Below, one piece after another: positions 1-8,492 of a DNA stretch of 64,000 nucleotides. How positions within the stretch are numbered: the stretch's first letter is position 1; every line of letters starts with the position of its first letter. The notes beneath the pieces were generated by a model. The model saw only the letters and a list, made by a program, of their open reading frames with translations, had not been told where the DNA came from and searched no databases. The DNA is from Massalongia carnosa (lineage: Eukaryota): positions 868,001 to 932,000 of the forward strand of contig OZ287087.1 in the NCBI GenBank assembly GCA_965645245.1. The letters run 5' to 3'. The translations under genes were made by a program, and so were the position numbers.

Positions 1-3000
1 AATAGACCCAGAAAGCTGGGAAGTGGAATACCCGTCAAAGGATATGAGCACATTGAAAATAAAAGTAAAAATCGGAAACGGAACAAAAATGATTCACATA
101 CACAACGTATACAATCCATCGCCCTTATCCACTTCCTCGATAACTAGCCCGTCCACCCTATCGACCGTATTACACCAATTACAAGACCTCGGAGAGCATA
201 TTCTTCTAGGAGACTTCAATCTCCATCACCCATACTGGGGTGGAGCAGGGGTACGAGGACAGCACGAGGCGTCCGAACAACTGCTGGACATTATAGAAAA
301 CAAAAATCTCTCTCTCACACTTCCAAGAGGAACAATTACATGGGAAGCAAGAAACTCGACCAGCACCTTTGATCTGGTGTTCATGACAGAAGATTTAACG
401 GAGAGATTGGAACACTGCACCACGGTCCCGGAGATGAATCAAGATTCCGATCACATACCGATTTCAACGAGACTGCGGCTCTCCTGCGAACCCCTGACAA
501 AGCTCCCTCGAAGGGCCTGGAAACTTCTAAACATGGACAAGGTAAAAGAAATCGAGAAAAGAACCCCCGCACCACGCATGCCGCACAGCATCGAGGAAAT
601 CGATCAATATACCAAGGAAATCCAGGATTACCTCAAGGAAATCGTAGATAAAGCAGTACCATAGGCCAGACCAAGCCCGGAGGCGAAACCCTTTTGGAAT
701 AAGGAATGCGACGACGCAACAAGAGAGACTCGTAGGCTACGAAGAATCTGGACCGCGGAAAGAAACCTAGCGGATTAGAAAAACTACGTTAAAGCAAACG
801 ATAAGAAACAAAAATTATCGGTAAAGCAAAAAATCTCTGCTTCAAACAGCAAATAGCCACAATCACAACTTCCCAATCCGGACTCTTCCGTCTAGCAAAG
901 TGGGGTAAAAACAAAAGTGACGCCCCCAGAGAAATCCCAAAAATGCCCCCCCTGGCCACAACCCAGGACCCTGATACGATAGCCAATACCTTCGAAGAGA
1001 AAGCGAAAATGCTAAAGAAACCTTTCTTCCCCCTATCCCCGGACGCAGATCTCAGCGACATCGTAGGATACACGTACCCGCAAACCCCAGACTGCCCCAT
1101 CCTGATCACGAAAGAAGAATTGGCGGCAGCGCTTCGTAGGTCGAAACCAGACAAGGCACCCGGTCCGGACGGGATCACAAATAGAATTCTCAAGGCATGC
1201 TCGGAAAATCTGATCAAGTTGCTGACACCACTGTTCCAGGCCTGCGCAGAGCAGGGTTATCATCCTCGAGCGTTCAAAACCGCCAACACCATCACGCTGA
1301 AGAAACCAGGAAAGAGTAATTACGCGGATCCTAAGGCGTGGAGACCCATTGCGCTCCTAAACACGCTTGGAAAAATGCTAGAATCCATTATAGCAAGGAA
1401 AATAAGCTATTTAACGGAAAAATTCAGATTAATTCCAGACACGCAAATGGGAGCAAGACCAGGCCGCGCAACGGACACAGCGCTCGAACTGCTCATGGAG
1501 CAGGTACACACAGTCTGGAATCAAGGGAAAGACAAAGTAGCATCGCTTCTTAGTATCGACGTCTCAGGCGCCTTCGATACGGTTTCACATCGTAGGCTCA
1601 TTCATAATCTGAGAAAGAGAAACTTTCCGGAATGGATCACGAAATGGACAGAAAGCTTCCTCAAGGAAAGAGAAACCACTCTCACTATCAATCAACGAAC
1701 AACCAACGCATTCCAGCTGAATATAGGAATTCCGCAAGGATCTCCTTTGTCTCCCATTCTATATCTCTTTTATAATGCAGACTTACTCGATATTTGCAAT
1801 AGACCAGGTACCAACGCAGCGGGCATGGGTTTCGTAGACGACGTCAATATTCTGGCGTACGGAAAGTCCACCGAAGAGAATTGCAAAACGCTGGAAAAAA
1901 TACACAACGACTGCGAACGATGGGCCGCTCGCCACGGCTCCGTATTCGCGCCACACAAATACGAGCTGATACACCTGGCAAAGAATCCAAAGAAATTCAA
2001 CCTGGACGCATCCTTCGCGGTAAGAGGCAAGATCCTGAAGACCAAGACTTCGATAAGAGTCCTGGGAGTATACATTGACACTAGACTCGATTGGGCAGCG
2101 CATTACAAGGAAATTCAGAAGAAAATGACGAGACAAACAATGGAACTGACCAAAATCGCAGCCTCAACCTGGGGGGCGACCCTCCTACGAGCCCGCCACG
2201 TGTACACAGCAGTGATACGCCCCGCCATGTCGCACGGCTCGATAGCATGGCACATGCCAGCCGAAGCAAGAAAGAAAGCCAAAGTCGAATCAAGAAGCAA
2301 ACTCGAAGTCATACAAAACAAGTGTTTACGAGTCATAGCCGGATCGTACAAGGCTACCCCAATTGAAATATTACAGGCAGAAACCCACATCCCTCCCTTA
2401 ACGCAACATCTAGACCGCTTACAAGCAAAAACGAGATCCAGAATCTCGAACAGCGAACAGGAAAAAATTATAAAGCAGGCGTGCAATAGAATTCAAGTGA
2501 AACTCAGAGGTAAAAGAGGTCAATCGCGAGTCGCAGAGGAAATACCGGGAACTCGTAAACGAGAATGGGTAACAAAGATGACGAAAGACGCACCGAAAAC
2601 AGTTAAACTGGATCAACCCTCTCCCCCTCCCTGGACAACGATCGACGAGGCACAGAAGAGACAACGCACAGCGCAAGTAACGACGCAGAACCAACGAGAC
2701 GGGATAATAAAGAAGCACTTTGAGAATCAGTGGATCAACAAGTGGAAAGCATATCAAGCAAAACACACGTTATATCCCACGATCGCACAACAGGCGCCTA
2801 TACACAGGAAAAAGCTTAACGCACACAAGTTACTAGACAAAGCGCAAAGCTCACTAGCAACACAGATAAGAACGGAAAAAATCGGACTAGCCAACTTTCT
2901 ATATCGGCGCAAGGTCCCAGGTGTGAACTCGGCGGCATGTCCCTGCGGAAGCCTCTTACAGCCAAACATGTAATCATGTTCTGCAGACTGCACGAACACA

Positions 3001-3366
3001 GAACGCACATGCTACGAACGGCAGGCTCGTTAGACTACCGCAAGCTAATCACCGAACCCAAAGCTCTCAAAGTAGTAACCGCGTGGCTCATGCGCACAGG
3101 TATTTTAACACAGTATTCCATTGCCACGCAACTGCTTGAACAGCAGCCGGGCAGTCTCTCTTCAGTTTGAAAAACAGGTATCGCAGATTTTCGAGATACA
3201 GGAATCAATCCGCGGGAGCGGCGAACCCCCGATGAAGCGGATACGCAGGAGTAGTTTTTCACCTTTGGGTTTTCTACTTATTACATAGCTTATATAGCAT
3301 CTCCCGAATGGGCCGGCCTTCGGCCGGTGACACAACGGCGTAAGAATAATCAAATCAAATCAATCA
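1..3366 (+). mobile_element. Tad1-like LINE, 3' part (ORF2: APE endonuclease, RT, C-terminal zinc motif), inactivated; 5' end outside window
   Basis: ORFs carry HNVYNP, LLGDFNLHHP, SDHIP (APE) and PGPDG, WRPIALLN, GIPQGSPLSP, FVDD (RT). Stops at 662 and 776, frameshifts near 820 and 2960. 3' hairpin at 3312-3328 and TCAAA-repeat tail at about 3346-3366. Confidence 0.95.
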
Positions 3367-3399
3367 GCAGTTTACATTCGATTCGACATTTTTTATTTT

Positions 3400-3990
3400 G
3401 TAAAAGTGCTCAGCCGCTATTGTAGCAATTTCGAATTTATTCATATTTAATTGATCAAACAAATTTTTCGTTATATATCAGAAACAATGATATTAAAACT
3501 GATATTTACGACTGATTCTTCAAATGAATTAATTAAATACACTGATTTCGATTGAATGGAAATCATAAATTAAAGAAAGTCGATCGATAATATATCTTTC
3601 ATGCTTTCAAGCAATTCAATTTTTTATCAATCAAAATAACAATCGACAGTTGCTCTGTCATCGTGTAAAGCTGAATATATGATTATCATCGAGGCAAGCA
3701 AAGAAATTCTGTGATGTTTTCGATTTCTCGAGATTCTCGAGCACAGACGATTTGATTAATCAGCAGATCTTCGAACATACTACAAGAAAACAATTGATCT
3801 TATCGCTAATTCAGATTTCATAAGTGAAAAAAGCTTATCGACGTACGACATCATTGAATAAGAGAGATAATGCTAGGCAAAAAGATAGTCATTTCATACA
3901 TCTCATTCAATTAGAAGATAGCTGATAAAATAACGACGTCCTTATCTTTACAGAAGTTCAAGGTTTTCAGAATCATTATGAGCATCGGGT
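3400..3990 (+). pseudogene. Heavily mutated Copia RT/RNase H relic
   Basis: Around 3641-3715 reads QSTVALSSCKAEYMIIIEASKEIL*; near 3835-3860 a degenerate KHIDVRHHWIRE. AT-rich with many stops. Confidence 0.8.
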
Positions 3991-4193
3991 AATCGGATTG
4001 AAAAGGCAAAGATATCAAATTGATAACGACGAAGATGAATAACATCAATCGTCAGGCAGACATTATGTCTGAGTTAAAGTTTTGGTGTTTTGGGCTAGGA
4101 GGTCCAAACCAGAATGTCTCAGGCGGTTGGTGACTGCCCGTTTAGGCCTAGCGTGCATTTTGGAGTTTTGATAAAATCTCTGCAGATAGTATA

Positions 4194-4501
4194 TGTTATG
4201 GAACTGGTTTGGTTCCTGGAATCGAGATCGAACGCCTTAGCGCTGTGCCAAGCATCGGGACCTTCGGAGGCCTATCTTACACCACATGTCTAGCTATCTA
4301 AGTATCCTTACCTAGTCAGCAAAAGAACTTTCCATGCATGGTAGGCCCTGGTAGAAGGAGATTGCGATGGAAAGGATCGAGGCATAGGGGTAAAGGGTGT
4401 TAGTTGTATATAGTCTCTCAGGTGCTTCATGGTTTTTGGTCCTCGTCGGACGTCTTGTATATACATCCCAAGTATCTAGTTTATATGACCAATCCCTGAC
4501 A
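4194..4501 (+). repeat. 5' LTR of Gypsy element 1
   Basis: Direct repeat of 11683-11992, differing by a few transitions and 1-nt indels; TATATA at 4407-4412. Confidence 0.95.
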
Positions 4502-4515
4502 TTACGTCCGACCAA

Positions 4516-5704
4516 TCGTGGTACTGAGGTGGCAACAAGGTGGCTGGGTCGACGTCTTTTTGTCTACGATAGGCCTCAAGTTCTTCTTGAGTGACTGAAG
4601 TTTCCAGGGTGAGTTCTCTACTCATCGTGGATATGGCTAAGTGGATTTCCTTTTCACTAAGGCTTGCTCCAGGATTAAGCGGTGGGAATGCTTGGAGATG
4701 TACCTTGAGGTTGACTGCAGTCGACCTCGAGGAAGGAATACTAGGGCTGGGTGATGCTTCTATTCCTAAGAAGCTGTCGATTTCTCGGATTGAGATATTA
4801 AATATCTCATGGTCTTTTTGGCGGGCTAGGTGATCAAAGGTGATGGCACTTATACCAAAAACCTCCAAAGGTTTGGGAGGCTTGATGTGAGTCGCGGATT
4901 TGTGCGCACTCTCCTGGGGAGCTGGGCGTAGGCGGACATAGCTGCGGGCTCGCTGTCGCATTCTGGGAATGATTCCTTTCCGAATAGCCATGTCTATGCG
5001 GCTGGGACGATCTTCACTTTCTGGGTCCAAGACTAGCGGACTAGGCTGACTAGACTGCAGAGATTTCTTTTGATCTTCAGTTTGCCAAATGGCACGATTT
5101 TCAACGGTCCGTAAGAATTTTTCCTCCTTGTCGGTGATGGAACGCACCATGACAGGAGAAGGTCAACAATGAGCTAGGCAGAAAGAGGAAGACAAAGACG
5201 AGGTGTTATTCGAGAAATTGGCGATTGCACCGTGTCGTCGCAGCCAAGGATGACCTAAAATGATAGGATAGTGTCGCAATCCCGTAACATATAAGAAAAG
5301 CTTTTCTACGTGACCGTTTAGGTCCATAGTTACTTCAGCGACATGGTTTATGCTTCCTATTAAAGCAGGTCGTCCATCAAAGGCTCGAAGGAGTCTAGGT
5401 TTCTAAAGGGGATGCAGAAGTAGGTTGTGGGTTTGCGCAAAGGTTTTATCAATGAAGGAATATGCCGAAGCACCACTGTCAACAAGAGCAAGAGTTTTCA
5501 TCCTAGCCTGAGAACGGCGTAGTATACATGGGACGACCATATGGCCGTCTCTGAAAATCTCGTCGGACTCAAATAATTCCAACGCTGGTTTTACAGAGAA
5601 CCTGGTGCTGGACCTAAGAGAGGGAAAGACAGGGGAAGACATGATACCACAAGAGATTATTAAATCCTTTTCAGGTCCCTGCACGCGACTATGCGCAGGG
5701 ACTA
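4516..5704 (-). pseudogene. pol: Inverted 5' part of Gypsy pol (aspartic protease and spacer)
   Basis: ALVDSGASAYSFID protease motif and DVDPATLLPPQYH, collinear with pol at 58461-59780; in-frame stops. Confidence 0.9.
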
Positions 5705-5777
5705 GGCTGGCAACGAGGACCACCTGTACGCGGTGCCGGCTACGAACCTTCTGCTTGCCAGAAGAGCCAAGTGTCTC
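5705..5777 (+). ncRNA. Predicted HDV-like self-cleaving ribozyme
   Basis: P1 GGCTGGC/GCCGGCT, P3 ACC/GGT, L3 TGTACGC, P1.1 GT/AC, P4 CTTCTG/CAGAAG, J4/2 GCCAA, imperfect P2 GAGGACC/GTGTCTC; located at the first base of the insert. Confidence 0.7.
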
Positions 5778-6987
5778 TCTCCCTTCGGTGACGGGTGGGT
5801 GTCGGAGGTGAATCGGGGGGTGGGTGAGCACTCCGTGCGGTTTCACCAAAGCACACACATCGCGACGAAAGTTGAGTATCGAAAGAACGAACCACAAACG
5901 CCATAGTTCTCGAGGTGTTTTCTGAAGGACACAGTCATAGGAGGAGTAGCTCCTAATCTGGGGGTCGAGGAAGAGTCGAACTGCCACAAACGCGAAAGGG
6001 GTGACGCCCGACAGTCCTCGTACCCGTACGGGGGCCGACACGTTTACGATTCGACTACGAAGCGATTTACCGGGTGGAAAACAGAGTTTTCGGTCACACC
6101 AAAGAGCACGAGAGTATTGCTCCCATCGAAGTAAGAGCTTGGGAAGGCGGACGAGTCGGCACAGCCTCGAGGGGTCCTCGGAGGGAGCACATGGGAAGGC
6201 GGGCGAGTCGGTACAGCCTGAAAAGGAATAATGAGGCATAAGGAACTCCCGTTGGGGCTCGTTTGTGACGGCTATGTCACCGACGACCTCACCGCGGCCG
6301 GTGTACGTATATGACTTCAGGAATAGTCCTTGCTACTCTACAAGCTTGGTGCCCTAGTTCTTTTCGAAGAACGGTCAAACTACGACACGGTATTGAGGCC
6401 TGGTGGAAGGTGCACTTCTCTACCTTATTATTCTCGGAAAGGCCTCTGACCCATGGTTTTCGAGGTGGATGCAACGAGGTCATCTGACCCATGACTTATA
6501 ACGAAGGCGTATGCACATTCGGTCGACTTGAAGGGATAGAGGTGACGACATCGACACGTACGAGCAGCGATAGGCATGTCGAGGGCGATAGACACACAAA
6601 AACAGTCAAAAGTGGGAAGCAGGAATACATCTGGATTTGATTTCGATCTACTGGATGACCCGGCTCGGAGGGGATACGGGGGTCTTCCGCTGAGTCCCCG
6701 CTGGATAACGATTCGAGATCAAAACGACCAAGGCTCAAAAAAGTCCCTACCCTGACCATAGTGCGCGATTCATCGTGCCATTTCTTTTTCTTTCTGGTCA
6801 TGCAGTCCGCATAGACGTCCGAATCCGTTCCGGCCCCTAGGAGTCGGTGATGGAGTGTTGAAACACAGGGTTTTTGTCACCTCGTAAGGTTTTTTCACCC
6901 CTGTATATAGCCCCATAGATGTGCCCGCATGGGCCGTCCTTCGGACGGTGCCACATCGGAGAATGAATTATCATCATCATCATCATC
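5705..6987 (+). mobile_element. Non-autonomous non-LTR retroposon (SINE-like): ribozyme-like head, LINE-type 3' end
   Basis: 14-bp TSD ATGCGCAGGGACTA (5691-5704, 6988-7001), (ATC)n tail 6970-6987, 3' hairpin shared with the LINE ends at 3312 and 37434, no recognisable ORF. Confidence 0.85.
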
Positions 6988-6998
6988 ATGCGCAGGGA

Positions 6999-8415
6999 CT
7001 AGGCTTTTTCCGCATTGGCTGGAATTTCGTCATATAAGACGAGAGCGCGGACTTCAGAGGGTTTGTTGCCCTTGTTGGGGCAGTTGATGGCAGTTTTGCC
7101 AGGATGTTGAAGCTTGCAATAATAGCACAACTGCCAGTCATTACAAACTTTTCTAACCGCAGGGGCCTTGAGGCTCTGGCCTTTGACGAAGGCCAATGCT
7201 TGGGTCAGGTCCATAGGGTCTCCGGCAGGGAGATCCACGGCGACGGGGGGAAGAGCGGGGACGGAAGCGGAGGGGGCCCCTGTGATGAGGGCCGTGGAAT
7301 ATGCAAGCTTGGCCGAGGGGGCGCTCGGCGCCATAGGGTTGCCTCGACGCTGGCCGGCGGCTGCACTGGTGGTTGTGGAGACAGAAGCAAGGGCGACACT
7401 TTTAGGATATCGATGCTTAATTTGACGGAGCTTCCAATCTGTACTGGACCACATTTCCACATGATCCTGGAAGGTGACGGGCTCCGATCCGTCAGGTTTT
7501 CTCCAAGCTATTGCGGCCGCTTGGGTGGCATAATTTGTTGGAATACTCGCTTAGCCCCATTAGCTCTAGCTCAGCCCTGCAGGCTGCCATGACTGCTATA
7601 AGCAGTCACCTCCGTAGTAATTTCAACATTATGCCGTCAACTGTTTATTTAACATAATTGACGTTAGACCGCATGGCGTCTATGAGAGATGCATTCTCCA
7701 TGCCGGAACGTTCCTTCTTTTGGGCGAAGAGGTTGTAGTACTCCTCGAAACTCATCGTACCTTGCTTGAGGGTTTCTCTCAAGTAGATACGGGAATCTTC
7801 CTCCTCGAATCTGTTGCCACAGGTCTCTCGAAGTATACGGCGCCAGTCCATGAAAGAGGTCAGGATGCAGAGGCCCTCTACTCAATACCGGTTCATAAGG
7901 TTATGAGCTTTCTTTCCGATGGTTAGTCGAGACTTGGCATAGGTTATCTTTTCCCTCTCGGAGGGATATCGGTCCTGGTTGACATCCATCCATTGAATAA
8001 GGCTCTGTTCCCAGGCGTCCAGCTTAGCCATATCGCCGTCATATTCGGCGATGTCTAGTAATTTTTCCGACTTAGATGCCTTAGGCTCCGAGGCTTGGGG
8101 CAAGGCGGCGAGAACGGCGGCGGTGATGGAGGCGATGATCTGGGGGTCAATCGCCGAAGCAGAAAGGACGGAGAATACGGGCGTGAGAGAGGTAGCTGGC
8201 GGCGGAGGAGGAGGAACAAGGGGAGGCGATTGCTGTTGCGACAGCAGGCGAATCGTGTCATGCAGGGCAGAGATTTGGCTCTGAATTTTGTTAATTTCCT
8301 GTAAGAAAGGCAAGAGGGTTGTTTTGTGCTTCTTGCACCAGGGTAGCGGCTTGTTTTGCCTCAATGGCAGCAGAGGGAGATGTTGGAGTGATATCTTCCA
8401 TAGGTGATTCATCCA
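6999..8415 (-). pseudogene. gag: Inverted Gypsy gag, frameshifted and interrupted by a solo LTR
   Basis: SEKLLDIAEYDG...LDAWEQSLIQ, GDPMDL and LCYYCKLQHPGKTAINCP match gag at 57301-58443. Confidence 0.9.
7536..7654 (+). repeat. 119-bp solo LTR (TGTT...AACA) inserted in the inverted gag
   Basis: Perfect 5-bp TSD TAATT (7531-7535, 7655-7659); removing it restores gag NVNYATQAAA; TATAAG near 7597. Strand inferred from the TATA box. Confidence 0.8.
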
Positions 8416-8492
8416 TTGAATCGGACATTGCTGACTTAATTGACGGGGTTTTTCAACCAGCAGAGCGAAGGCGAAGACTTGAGAGAAGTGCT

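Noticed and set aside
5691..5708. 18-bp TSD (including GGCT) for the insert
   Set aside because: GGCT is needed for ribozyme P1, so a 14-bp TSD plus 4-nt microhomology is preferred; not formally excluded.
5403..6239. 278-aa minus-strand ORF as a novel protease fusion
   Set aside because: Chance read-through from the antisense strand of the insert into the inverted protease; the N-terminal part shows no protein-like motifs.
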